From: Antechinus flavipes
Lineage: Eukaryota
DNA: 64,000 bases
Direction of reading: 5' to 3'
Assembly: GCF_016432865.1 (NCBI RefSeq)
Contig: NC_067404.1
Coordinates: 66,092,001-66,156,000, forward strand
Shown here: positions 12,726 to 25,076 of the stretch, in pieces
Numbering within the stretch: the first letter of the stretch is position 1
Layout: each line of letters starts with the position of its first letter
Notes under the pieces: model-generated
Seen by the model: only the letters and a program-made list of their open reading frames with translations
Told to the model about the DNA's origin: nothing
Databases searched by the model: none
Program-made: the position numbers and the translations under genes

Positions 12726-12884
12726 GTAAGTAATAATAAAATGAATACAAATAGGTAGGGGTTTTATAGACGGGGGAAGCATTGGCTCCGATGATTTGAG
12801 AAGGCTCTAAAATATCCAAGTTTAGACTCCTATAGGCAATAGGTAAGTCAGAAAAAAGAAGTAAAATAGAAACTCTGTTTGAAT

Positions 12885-13125
12885 TTTAAAGCCTTTTACA
12901 ACATGGTTCTATCCTACCTTTTCAGGCTTATTACACATTAATTAGTTTCATTCGAGCATTGGGTGGATTGCTCTTTCTAATATATGACATTCTATTTCCC
13001 AACTCCATGTCTTTGCCCTAGTTATCTTCCCTACTTAGAATGTCCTTAATCCTCAACCTCATCTTACTAAATCCCTATCTTCCTTCAAAGTTTTAGCTCA
13101 AGTGCTACGTTCTACTCCTCTGAAA
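12885..13125 (+). mobile_element. L2 fragment
   Basis: aagccttttacaacatggttctatcctaccttttcagg...tagaatgtcctt...tccttcaaag...gctcaagtgc. Confidence 0.75.
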
Positions 13126-13159
13126 TACCAACATCCTTTCCCCAAAAATTATACGGTGA

Positions 13160-13435
13160 ATCATATGCAAAAATGTTTGCAGCAGCCCTCTTTGTAGTAG
13201 CAAGAAACTGGAAACTGAGTGGATGCCCATCAGCCATTTAGAATGGCTGAACAAGTTATGGTATATGAATGTTATGGAATATTATTGTTTTGTAAGGAAC
13301 TATCAGCAGGATGATTTCATAAAGGCCTGGAGAGACTTACATGAAGTGATGCCGAGTGAAATGAGCAGAAGCAGGAGATCATTGTACACGGCAACAGGCA
13401 AGTTACATGATGACCAATTTTGGTAGACGTGGCCC
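13160..13435 (+). mobile_element. Internal L1 ORF2 C-terminal fragment without 3' UTR, poly(A) or TSD
   Basis: Translates WLNKLWYMNVMEYYC...AWRDLHEVMPSEMSRSRRSLYT (ORF 13223-13426). Confidence 0.92.
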
Positions 13436-13439
13436 ATAG

Positions 13440-13835
13440 ATGAAAACTGAACTGAGAAGATCTCCAAAATAGGCACTGAAGAAAGGAGAGAAGAGAGCAG
13501 AAATAGAGTCCCAACATAGTCATCCAAGGGGGAACCATGGGAACATGGATGACGATGTGGCAAATTAAAGTAAGAAAGAGCTAGCAGACAGGCAGAAGGA
13601 GAATCAGGAAACCACAGGGGAAGAGGGAGGATCCAGGTGGAGGAGGCTGAACACAAGAATTTTCAATACAGAGGTCAAAAAGGTGAGATAGGACAAAAGC
13701 AAATAAATTGCATTTACCCACTAAGATGTTTGGTAACCTTGAGAGAACAATTACAGGCAGCTGGTGTGATTTAGAGACAGAATGCAAATGGGTGAGAAGA
13801 GAGAGTAGTCAGGAGAGGCAACACAAAGCCTGAAA
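13440..13835 (-). mobile_element. L2 fragment
   Basis: Purine-rich gaaggagaatcaggaaac...cagaggtcaaaaaggtgagatagg...ggtaaccttgagaga typical of antisense L2. Confidence 0.7.
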
Positions 13836-14124
13836 GAGAAGAGAGATTGAGGAGGATTACATGAGGGGACAGCAGGGCCAATTTCATTCAATAGGCAGGT
13901 GCTTCCTAAGCCTAAGCAGCTTGCTAGCCTGGGAACATAAGGACAAAAACAGAAGACCCTCTCTTGGCCAAACTGCGAAGTAAAGACTTCTCAGATTACT
14001 TTCGGCTATTCTGCCTGCACGTTATCTCTTAGAAGTTGTCCCTTCATCATCCAGGGGCTATTCTCACCTCTTTATTTTCCTAAGAGTTTAGCCCACTGCT
14101 TGGGCTTGCTAAATGCTTAATAAA

Positions 14125-14560
14125 TGAATGGGGACTGTATCATCAAGGCACTCACATTCTATTGGGGGAGGAGAGAAACAATGTGGACCCAGATAAATAT
14201 GTAATGGGTAGACTACAAATCCAAAATAATTGAGGTAGGGAAGAAGAAGAATAACAGATTCATCAGTAAAGGCTTAATGTTGCCACTTTGATCAGAGCTT
14301 TGAATAGAGGTAGAAAGATATAAAGGGCTTTTTTGTGGCTGCATAAATGTAGTTATTTTTTAAGGATGTAAGGGACCTGCAAACATCTGTATATAGTAGA
14401 AAAGGAGCAAGCTGATAAAGGGAGATTAAAGATTTAAAGGAAATAGAGAGAGCATGATCAAAGAAGTAGACTAATAAAGGGATATGGAATGACTGGCACT
14501 GAGGACCTTGATAAGAAAGAAGGGTCACCTCCTCTGCAGAAACTGGATAAAAGGGGAGAA
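14125..14560 (-). mobile_element. L2 3' region fragment
   Basis: tcaaggcactcacattctattggggga... followed by a purine-rich decayed L2 body. Confidence 0.55.
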
Positions 14561-15047
14561 GAGAGGTGTGGTGGGGAAAGGATCACCTGCCTGTCACAGA
14601 TACAATACATAATTAATACAAATTTGGGGGAAATAGTAGGCTAATAGCATGATGCCCCTATATATGCATTTCTCAGGGTATACAAACATTAAAAAAAAAC
14701 CAAAAAAACAACTGATGTGGCTCTAGCTGGAGGGGACACATCAGGTAGAATATTACAGGAAGATAAAAGCATTTTCAAAAGACTTGGGTGATAGAACAGA
14801 TCAGGTTAACTTGCAGTTCACTAACACCTTGAAATAGAATTCAGAATGGCCTTGACAGGTGGCTGGAAGGGAGAAGAGCCTTCTTGGAAAAGAAAAAATA
14901 TTACCTAGAACTTGATGTGGAGAGCTATGACACACAAAGACTAAGCAAAAACAAATCAGAAACATAGAGTCCAGAAGGTCCCCTAGATGACCATGAATAA
15001 GTAGAAGTGGTTAAATTCAACTGAATATACAATACCAACAAATTAAA

Positions 15048-16306
15048 ATTTTAAAATAACATTTTACTGACAGAACCCATGCCAGGGTAATTTTTTTTTT
15101 ACAACATTATCCCTTGTACTCACTTCTGTTCCGATTTTTCCCCTCCCCCAGATGGCAAGCAGTCTTTTGCATGTCAAATATGTCACAGCATGTCTTAGAT
15201 ACAGAAGGTAGAAATAACCTGGGAAGAAAGACAAAAACGCAGTTTACATTCATTTCCCAGTGTTCTTTCTTTGGGTGTAGCTGCTTCTGCCCATCATTGA
15301 TCAATTGGAACTGAGTTAAATCTTCTCTTTGTAGAACAGATCCTCATACAGTATCGGTGTTGAAGTATATAATGATCTCCTGGTTCTGCTCATTCCACTT
15401 AACATCAGTTCATGTAAGTCTCTCCAAGCCTCTCTGTATTCATCCTGCTGGTCATTTCTTACAGAGCAATAATATCCCATAACATTCCTATACCACACTT
15501 TACCCAGCCATTTTCCAAATGATGGGCAACCATTCATTTTCCAGTTTCTAGCCACTACAAACAGGGCTGCTACAAACATTTTGGCACATACAGGTCCCTT
15601 TCCCTTCTTTAGTATCTCTTTGGGATATAAGCCCAATAGAAACACTGCTGGACCAAAGGGTATGCACAGTTTGATAACTTTTTGAGCATACTTCCAAATC
15701 GCTCTCCAGAATGATTGGATTCGTTCACAACTCCACGAACAATACCTCAGTGTCCCTGTTTTCCCACGTCTCCTCCAACATTCCACATTATCTTTCCCTG
15801 TCATTCTAGCCAGTCTGACAGGTATGTAGTGGTATCTCAGAGTTGTCTTAATTTGCATTTCTCTGATCAATAATGATTTGGAACACTCTTTCATATGAGT
15901 GGTAATAGTTTCAATTTCATCCTCTGAAAATTATCTGTTCATATCCTTTGACCATTTATCAATTGGAGAATGGCTTGATTTCTTATAAATGAGAGTCAAT
16001 TCTCTATATATTTTAGGAAATGAGGCTTTTATCAGAACCTTTAACTGTGAAGATGTTTTCCCAGTTTGTTGCTTCCCTTCTAATTTTGTTTGCATTGGTT
16101 TTGTTTGTACAAAGGCTTTTTAATTTGATGTGATCAAAATTTTCTATGTTGTGATCAATAATGTTCTCTAGTTCATCTTTGGTCACAAATTCCTTCTCCC
16201 TCCACAAGTCTGAGAGATAAACTACCCTATGTTCCTCTAATTTATTTATAATCTCATTCTTTATGCCTAAATCATGGACCCATTTTGATCTTATCTTGGT
16301 ATATGG
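15048..16306 (-). mobile_element. 5'-truncated L1 with degraded TSD
   Basis: ORF2 C-terminus (ORFs 15316-15894 and 16013-16312); caacaaattaaa at 15036-15047 and 16307-16318; deletions in the 3' UTR relative to the 54847 copy. Confidence 0.95.
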
Positions 16307-17601
16307 CAACAAATTAAATTTAAAGAAGTATAGTATAGAAAGAAGAACTAATCATTCCATTACTACACATTGCACTTGAGAGGCTATTTATCAGAGTACT
16401 TAACAAAGAGATGTTCAATCTATCAACACATGTCTCCATGATGGTCTGTTTCATCATGTAGGAAGAAAAATCAGGCAAAGAAAGTTTTAAGCTCCTAATC
16501 ATATAAGAATACCAAATACCTCAGTGTGTTTACTGGCTATATCAGTTAATATAAAAATAGGATTTTAAAATGTACCTTATTAGCAATATCATTTTTGCTT
16601 CAAACATTGACACGGTTTTGGCATGTTCTAAATTGTTGGATTGTGGGTGTCACTGTAGAGGGTACAGTATAGCTAGGATACTCGGATACTCATCACTTCT
16701 CCCTTCCCTTCTCTCTTCTCATCTTCAGATTTTATCATTCATACCCTGTTCTAACAATTAGCTTATTTTTTGGCTTAGGGACAACATATTTGCCTCCCAG
16801 ATCTATGTGGTACTCTCCACAGCTGTTTTATGGATTTCATGTTAAAATAGTAACTAGGAATACAATTAGAATCTCTCAGGATCCAGTTGGGAAAATTCCT
16901 AATTTTTAGGCTGAAATTTGGCACCCTCCTCCAAATGTATGTTTATCTCTAATTAACCCTTCTGGTCCCTTCACGATTGAGACAAAATTCAGGTCACCAG
17001 ATGTATTTGGATAAAGAAGCAAGAAAGGCATGTTACAGTGTCTATTAATCGACAGGCACCATAATGGGAAACTCAGGATAGAACATACCTCCCCCCCCCC
17101 TTTTTTTTAAACTTTCCTTAATTCTTGAAGATGTGGATTCAGCCAACAGTTTCAATAGATGTCTTCTTCTCCAAGACTGAATAGGAGTCAACAGTCCTCT
17201 AATTTCTGTCCCTTAGGTGCTGCAATTCAGATGGTCCTTTGCCTCTTCCCACATCACCCTGGCCTGTATATGCCCCCTTCTTAAGAGCCCTTAGGAATGA
17301 TTCAGGCTCGCATTATGGCATAAAGATCACAGTAGTTGGACATAGGGCTCAGGCCTGACTGGAAAGCTCTGCAACTATGTATTGCAAATCCCAAGATACC
17401 AGGCAGTTTTTAAACCTCTATTACATTAAAATATTTCTATAGGTTAATATACCAGTTCCTGCAGACACCATCAAGTATGTGCATCTACAGGATATGCAAG
17501 TGAAACATACATGAGAACTCCAAGAAATACTTTTCTCAATTATGAGATTATTAGCCCATCAGTTTACTTAGCTGTTTGGTAAAGAATACATTTTCAAACA
17601 G

Positions 17602-17657
17602 CAAATAGCAAAGGGAAAAAAACATGTTGGATCAAGATTTGTCCCAGCCAAATGAAG
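17602..17657 (+). CDS. Candidate micro-exon
   Basis: ttttcaaacag| ... ATGAAG|gtgagt; 56 nt; open in the frame NSKGKKTCWIKICPSQMK. Confidence 0.15.
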
Positions 17658-17964
17658 GTGAGTGACCTGGGGAGATCTAAGTAGTTCAATGAGATCTGAC
17701 TCTTCTGAAAAAATCAATAATGTATGGGCAGAGAGAGCCAGAGAAAATAGCCTAAATTTGAAAATGTTATTTGTTTCACCACAGGTAGTTGGTATACATT
17801 TTATAAGCAGCAGAAAAAGAAACATTTTTCAATAGGCTAAAAATTCCATTTCCTCCCCATCCAAATCACTGATTGTTTTAGCATAGGACATTCCAAAGTG
17901 AGGGATTTCCATCAACTGATGCAAACTGGCTCCTCCTCTGTAACTTAAGAGTCCTCAAGAACTG

Positions 17965-18090
17965 CCTCGGAGCCCTGAGATACTAAATGACTTTTCCAGA
18001 GTTCCAGCCAGTCCATGTCAGAGGAAGACTTGAATCCTGGTATTCCGGACTCAGCTGCCAACTCTCTGTCCACTTCTCCAAGCTGCCCCA
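17965..18090 (-). mobile_element. CORE-SINE fragment (MIR/WSINE-like)
   Basis: aaatgacttttccagagt...cttgaatcctggt...ctctgtccact...agctgcccc. Confidence 0.65.
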
Positions 18091-19061
18091 TCATAATGGA
18101 GAAGTAATTAAATATACACAGACCCTCTTAAGATGGTTACATGTGGCAAGTCCAACTTTCTTTAATCTGGGACCAAATAATCACCATTACTACATTTTCT
18201 TCTGTATCACATGATCAAACATCCCACTGTTTCTCCATCCATTTTCCATAATGACTTTTTTATGTCCTGCTTTCTTGTGTTCACTAGAATATATTTTGTA
18301 TCCTTTAAAACTATTGAACCATTTATTCCCAATAACTAATCTTGCCTCTTTCAATTTAGCAGGCAACCACCAATAGCCATACATACATCACAGAAATCTA
18401 GCTAATCATATTCAAGGACTCTTGCTACCACTATGAAAAAAGTACCTTGGCAAATCCATCTTTGCTCTCTCCAGAAATTGCAATTTCCTCATTGCAATCT
18501 GGAAAGTTCTTTCCAAGGAATCTTTACACTACAAATAAATGAAAGAACATAAAAGTAGCCCGGTAAAGACATTGGTTACCTTCCTTGCAATCAACAGACA
18601 GGAAATATTATGAAAGCACAGATGAATCCAACATAGATGCCTCAGAAGAGGTAAAGTTAAGCAACTACCCAGAACATTTTTAAAGTATGTATGTATCTGT
18701 ACACATGCGTTTGTGTTCATATGTGGTATTAATTGCTTGATAGAGATAATGAAGGGGAGGAACAATTCAGTTGCAAAGCATGGACAGTGCCATTATTTGA
18801 ATTATTGATATGTAAAGGTATGTGTGGAAAGGCAGTGTGGTATAGTGGATAAAACCAATTTCTTTTTTCTTTTTGCTTTCTCTCTTTTTTCCATTCTAAC
18901 ATTCACCAACTCCAAATGAGATGAATATTTCAGTAGAGAAAGAAGATCAGAATAACAAGACCCCTATTAAAGCTATGAACCCAGATTATGACTAGCATAG
19001 ATGATGTTAGCAGCATCGACACCAGCACCATCAGCAGGATGACAAAACTTCCACACCTTAC

Positions 19062-19132
19062 CAGGAGAGAATACCAACCAGAACAGTTGTGATGGAGCAG
19101 GTAGGAACTTCCTGGACTATAGTTTATAGAAC
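19062..19132 (-). CDS. Candidate exon
   Basis: Minus strand: gtctgttcattattcttcctag| 71 nt |gtaagg; one open frame SINYSPGSSYLLHHNCSGWYSLL; unrecognised. Confidence 0.12.
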
Positions 19133-21278
19133 CTAGGAAGAATAATGAACAGACACACGTGGTAAGATATGGTTTTTAACAAAAGGACTCCTGATGAAAA
19201 TGCACTGTGTCTCAGGTAGATTGTGCAGGTCCAGAAAGAAAAAGGGACTGGTCAGTGGAAACAGCAGCTAGGGAATCAAGCAAGCTACCCCTATGGTGAT
19301 CCTCACCTTCCGCCCCCCCCCCCCCACTAACTAGGATTTATGCAGTGTTCCAAAATGATAGTACCACTTTCAAATTGTGGATCTCTTAAATAAACAAAAA
19401 TATAAGGCTTCTAGAGAGTCTAGAAACTTTCCTTGTCATTTTTTTTTGGAAAAGAGACCCCATGGAATGACTAAATCTAGAGTAACTACATAGGTTCCTA
19501 GAACAAGTGAGACTGTATGGGTGAGCTGAATCTCTAACAACCTCCAATTCTGGAGAAAATATAGAGGTCTGCAGGGAAAACTGAATTCACCAAGTTAAAG
19601 TTTCCTTGATTGTCTGTGGACTTGGATACGCACCCTTCAGTATTCTTTCCAATGTTTATCACGATTTTAAAAAATCCTATTTTCCTTCATCTAGTATTGG
19701 TAAGAGAACTGTAGATTACTAAAAAAGACCTCGGAATGAAACCAAGGCAAATGTTCCCATGGGGAATCCTGGGCAGAGGTAAGATCCATTAACATCTGAT
19801 GTTATTGATAAATGTCAAATTGCCCTCCGTCCATCTGTCTTTAGTCAATAGATGAGTAACACTAAGATCTAATGATTTATAATCAAGACTATAGATACTC
19901 CCTTCACCAAAAAAGATTGCAACATTTCTAAACCTTAGTAGCTTACAAAGTCACTTATATCCAATCTGATCATGAGCCTCCTGGGGCTTAAAGCTAGGCT
20001 GGTCCTAAAAGCAACACTAAGTCCAGTGCCAGGACTGCATTCAAGCCCTATCTTGGTAAGACCCCCAAAAGCTCAGATTACACTGGCTTAGTCTTTGAGA
20101 AGCCAATATTAACTCTATTAACCAATAAAGAGGATTAGAAACCATTTTATAAGGGAGATACTTATCATATATGATATACTTTGATCTATACAACAACCTC
20201 AAAAACTGTGAACAACATATCTAAAATGCAATATCAAATGAGCTATTTGTAGTTTTATTAAGCAAGAACTAGGCACATCATCACTGCTACTTATAACATC
20301 TAAGATTTTTCCTATAGCACTACAATAAACCCTATTCTTGAAAGCAGTCTATATTGAAATCAGTCTATCCAAATGACTATTAAAATGGGGAAATATGTAA
20401 ATTTCTTTAGGTTTACATATCTCATTGCTATTAATGACTTTACTTACATTTCTTTCTAAGTACATACACTGGAATTGGCTAACTTGCCATTCAATCATGT
20501 CTTTAAGTCCAGACTGTCTAGGGCAGATTTGACACTAATAAATGAATAAATGGAAATCTAGAGCACTTCTGCATAGTATTTATGGGAAGTACTGCTTTGA
20601 TGACTTTGAAATTCAGAAGGAAAAAATGAGCAGTAGTCAGTTTTGCTACTATCGTGATAAATTTAATATATACTTTTTAAAAAACAGTAAATAATAGTTC
20701 ACAGTTATGTGTATAATCCTATTTTTATCTTTCTGTATTTATTCACATGAATATTTAACTTTGTATACAAAATTATCTAAGAGATTGACATATTACAGTG
20801 ATATAAGTGTATATGTTACCTTGATATGTGGGCAAGCATTTAAAAATATGAAGAAAGAACAAAGTGATCAAAAGAAGAGAGAACAAAGTAATCAAAAGTG
20901 ATTTTTACATAAAGAATTTCCTTTTCTTTAAAGTTTTGGAAGAAAAATCAAAGAATCCCCAGATCATATTATTCTATTACTACATCCCCAAAGGGTCGGT
21001 TGATACCTTGATAGGATGACAGTCATGGGAAAGGAAAAGGAAGCTATATAAGGAATGAGATCAACAGCTATGCTGAGTCACAAGAGAGCTGACCTTTATA
21101 ATCTTCAAGTCTCCACTCCCACCTCTGCCAAGGATAAACAATCTCAGTGTTGCTTTTAATTGAATACTTTGCCCAAGAAGAGATAAGGTTCATCCCACAT
21201 GACATAAAAATGTTTCCTAATAAAAACACTCTGTCTCTAACTTTAAATCTTTTTGAAGGTCTTAAAGACCTAAGAAAA

Positions 21279-21526
21279 CTGTGCAACAAGAGAACTGTTT
21301 GGTTCTGCAAATATGTATTGTATCTAGGATATACTGCAACATGTTTAGCATATATAGGACTGCTTGCCATCCTGGGGGGGGGGGGAGGAGGGAGGGAGGG
21401 GGAAAAAACGAAACATAAGTGATTGCAAGGGATAATGTCGTGTAGAAATTATCCTGGCATGGATTCTGTCAATGCGAAGTTAGTATTAAATAAAATAAAA
21501 TTTATTATTAAAAAAAAAAAAAAAAA
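21279..21526 (+). mobile_element. Young, extremely 5'-truncated L1 (3' UTR plus poly(A))
   Basis: Exact 15-bp TSD aaagacctaagaaaa (21264-21278, 21527-21541) at a TT|AAAG site; G-rich tract; A tail. Confidence 0.97.
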
Positions 21527-23129
21527 AAAGACCTAAGAAAAGTCTCTACTAGAAGCTTTAATTACCATTTCAAAACAGAAAAAAAAGTATGTGTTAGGGA
21601 ATTAGGTTATATTATTATTATGGGAAAACATGCTCTTGATTTTACTCTCAGATCAAGGCATCAAACACAAAGTTTGTCTTTCTTTGCCTCTCAAGATAGT
21701 GGGATTTTGAGGGAGCAATGATGACTTTTTCCCAATTAGAATATGATCCCATGATCATCCTTTGGCCTCTTCAAACTATTCCCCCCACCCAGTGGTTCCA
21801 CCAGAGATGGTGCTGACTTCTGATCAGACTTAAAGGACATCTCTTGACCCCCAGGTATTCTGTCTTTGGTCCAGCTTCCATGCAACTTTACTTAAAGGAG
21901 GTGTGTGTAGCCCAAGGAGAGGTCTTTACCTCAGGCCTTGTCTCCTTATGACTTCCTTAAGGGACTGCAGGAACCCAAGGATGTTTGCAATTAGTATTAA
22001 AACTTATTCACTGTTAAGAGATGTTCTTCAAGAGCACTGCATTGGCCTAAAACCTTTCATGAAACCATTTTAACTTGAAATCATAGGCTGCATTTCTGTA
22101 GAACAAAATGTAAGCATCTTAAAGGCATGAGCTGATTTTCATTTTTTAAAATTTGTATCCCAAATATTTAAAACATCACCTTGCACAAAGGTAGTGCTTA
22201 ATGAGTTTGCAATTGGATTGGACTGAATAAAACTGTTCCCAAAGATGATCTTCATCAATCACAGAGAAAAGTGGCCACCAGATGGACACAGGGTGAACCT
22301 GAACAACGCATGATTTTTCTGAAATTCTTTCATTCTGGTCTTTTGAGGGCAAAATGAAATGCATAATGAAAATGACACTTAAATCTATTTATTTTAGCAA
22401 ACCTCTGGTTAGGTAAGTGAATAGGCCTGATTATCAGTGAGGCTGGTTCCATCTATTTTAACTCAAGTAGTCATGGAGGATTGGCACCCTAATCAGCTAG
22501 ATATGAAATCCAGTGGTGAAACTTTATGAGAAAGTTGACCCTGTTTCTGTATCAGTCCCTTTTATAGTTTCCTTTTTATATTCCAGAGCAGTAGGAGGCA
22601 GTTAACTTGGCTGCTTCCATAAAAATCACATAATTTAATGTGTATGTGATGCTAAGGGTATGTCTACTCAATGCAAAAAGTTATGTAGCTACTGTTGTGA
22701 TATTTCAATTAGTTGAGAAAGAAAAATTCAGTCACCCAACAATGTTTTACCTCTCTGACAGCAGTTTGATTAATTTCTCTGCCACTACTTCTTTTAGCCT
22801 TGGTCTGTATAAGTGAGGATAAGAAAACATGATCAAACAGATGGCATGTAAACCAGAAAACAAAAGGATGAGGCTGCCAGAAAGATTGATCTTTGGGATT
22901 ATAAAGACTTTTCCATCCCCTTGAATAGGCAGTAGAACTAAAGAAAATTAATATCAGAAGGCAGGTTAACGCCAAAATAAGAAAGGGTTTCCCGGTGAGC
23001 TTCTCATTGCACTAGGCTGTGAGGGATATGACCAGATCTCTTCTTAAAGTATTATGAAATGTAGTAGATTCTAAATGGATCGGGTCATGTTGGTGTGGTG
23101 CTATTTTAAGGCAGAATGGTATAAACAGA

Positions 23130-23321
23130 CAGGGTTCTTCACATTTTCTGTGTCATAAGCACCCTCTTTGGCAGCTTGGTGAATGAAGCTGATGAATCCC
23201 TTTCTAGAAGAACATACTGAATGCATAAAATATGAAGGACTCCAAGGATACCAATCTTATCAAAATACAGTTATTAAAATATTTAAAAATAAGTTCAAAA
23301 ACACCAGGCTAATAATTCCTG
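23130..23321. mobile_element. hAT-Charlie-type non-autonomous DNA transposon (MER5-like MITE)
   Basis: Ends cagggttctt...aataattcctg; internal ctttggcagcttggtgaa...aatgcataaaat...aaatacagttattaaaatattt; no TSD left. Confidence 0.65.
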
Positions 23322-23361
23322 GTATCAAACCTTTGGAAGTTTGTTCCAGAATAAGGAATTT

Positions 23362-23956
23362 TTTTTTTAAATTTTTATTTAATAATTACTTTATATTGAC
23401 AGAATCCATGCCAGGGTAATTTTTTTTTTTACAACATTATCCTTTGCACTCGTTTCTGTTCCAATTTTTTCCCCTCCCTCCCTCCACCCCCTCCCCTACA
23501 TGGTAAGCAGTTCTTTATATGTTGGATATGTTGCAGTATATCCTAGATACAATATATGTTTGCAGAACCGAACAGTTCTCTTGTTGCATAGGGAGAATTG
23601 GATTCAGAAGGTATAAATAACCCGGGAAGAAAAACAAAAATGCAGATAGTTCACATTCGTTTCCCAGTGTTCTTTCTTTGGGTGTAGCTGCTTTTGTCCG
23701 TCATTTATCAATTGAAACTCAGTTAGGTCTCTTTGTCAAAGAAATCCACTTCCATCAAAATATGTCCTCGTACAATATCGTTGTCGAAGTGTATAATGAT
23801 CTCCTGGTTCTGCTCATTTCACTCAGCATCAGTCCATGTAAATCTCTCCAAGCCTCTCTGTATTCATCCTGCTGGTCATTTCTTACAGAACAATAATATT
23901 CCATAACATTCATATACCACAATTTACCCAGCCATTCTCCAATTGATGGGCATCCA
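23362..23956 (-). mobile_element. 5'-truncated L1
   Basis: Exact 15-bp TSD cagaataaggaattt (23347-23361, 23957-23971); ORF2 tail CPSIGEWLGKLWY...EDIF; T-rich tail. Confidence 0.97.
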
Positions 23957-24178
23957 CAGAATAAGGAATTTAAAGTGAAATCAATCAACTGTGAACCTCA
24001 AATTTATACCTTTTAGAGCAAAAACTTAAACTTGGGTCTAAGGAATCTTAAGATTTGCAAGAAACCTTAGAGGCCACCGAGTCTAGTCTCCTACCTGGCC
24101 TTTGTCAGCTCTATGACATTTGCCCCATTTCATCCCAGTTGAAGTGAACAAAACTTCACTAACCACCAACTGTATACA

Positions 24179-24280
24179 ATTGAGGTTGATCACCTTGCAC
24201 AGCCCTCCCTCAAATCCAATTCACTTGCACATCATGTCATCACCTCCCTGATATCAGGGTGGTCTTAAAAAATGAAGGAC

Positions 24281-24310
<30 letters not shown>
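24179..24310 (+). mobile_element. RTE-clade 3' end with (AAC)n tail
   Basis: aaatccaattcacttgcacatcatgtcatcacctccctgat...gaaggacaaac then (AAC)11; 12-bp TSD caactgtataca (24167-24178, 24311-24322). Confidence 0.85.
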
Positions 24311-24313
<3 letters not shown>

Positions 24314-24392
24314 CTGTATACAGAGTATTATCATGTATAGCAATATTGTGTATGAGAAGCATTAAGAGAGATGCAAAGTTCAGGTGAAACCC

Positions 24393-24901
24393 TATAGTGT
24401 TCTGGTTGGTTTTCTGGAGGTCGTTGGAGAAGCCTTCTTTTCAGCAGAGTAATCACCATGAGAATAGCTAGAGATAAAGTCCAAAAATCTTTATTGTCTC
24501 CTTCACCATCTTGTCTCCTTGCCTGGGGCCGGGGCTAGCCTTCTGGAGGTCCTCCAGAATGTGTCTTGGTTTCTGTGGGGGAGGCAGGAGGATTACCATG
24601 ACGGGTCTCTGTCTTGAAGTCTCCCTGAGTCCGGGAGCTTGTACTCCAGCCTCCAGCCACCACAAAATTGGGAGATAGAATGAATCTGTCTGGCTGAGTT
24701 TGTCCCAGCTTATATGCTCTATTATAATTGCATTATCAGAGGTGTCAATCTTGTAGAACTATATTAAGTACTCAGAACATGTACTGAACTAGAGAACTAT
24801 TAATCACCAGGCTAAACTAGATAACCATTGTATCATCAATTCCAATGAGTTAGCACCTTGTGAGAATTCTTGTTTCAAGTACAGAGTTCTGGCCCATAAC
24901 A
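24393..24901 (-). mobile_element. Solo LTR, 509 bp
   Basis: Minus strand starts TGTTATGG and ends CACTATA (probable CA-to-TA change); ATATAA at 24710-15; AATAAA at 24490-95; 6-bp TSD aaaccc (24387-92, 24902-07). Confidence 0.88.
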
Positions 24902-25076
24902 AAACCCGGTGCCTACCTTCAAAAAACTTTGGACAAACAGACATGTACATTATGGAGCCATTAGGGAACTTTCTATAGCAGAACATTCTTGACTCTAGAT
25001 CTGCATTTGCAGAACATAAGGTTTTTAATGATTACTTTTAACACTAATGCACTAATGACAATACTCCCTTCTCCAG

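Noticed and set aside
12325-12819. 164-aa minus ORF containing FSRLLN, similar to filovirus NP FARLLN
   Set aside because: The similarity is confined to six residues, flanks do not match, and the ORF end runs into an L2 tail.
14712-14744. ctgatgtg/cacatcag inverted repeat
   Set aside because: An 8-bp stem with a 17-nt spacer is expected by chance in 64 kb.
15316-16312. Long ORFs of 192 and 99 aa (also 34213-35216, 40987-41388, 23755-23988)
   Set aside because: All are L1 ORF2 C-terminal fragments, not host genes.
19695-19778. Plus-strand exon-like segment with good acceptor and GAG|gtaaga donor
   Set aside because: Stops in all three frames; could only be non-coding, and nothing else supports it.
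20866-20900. Short local tandem duplications (also near 1945, 3449, 16676, 45372, 62153)
   Set aside because: 8-19 bp slippage-type duplications at ordinary background frequency.
24282-24314. Short direct-repeat arrays as possible CRISPR-like structure
   Set aside because: Simple microsatellites with no spacers; the window is eukaryotic.
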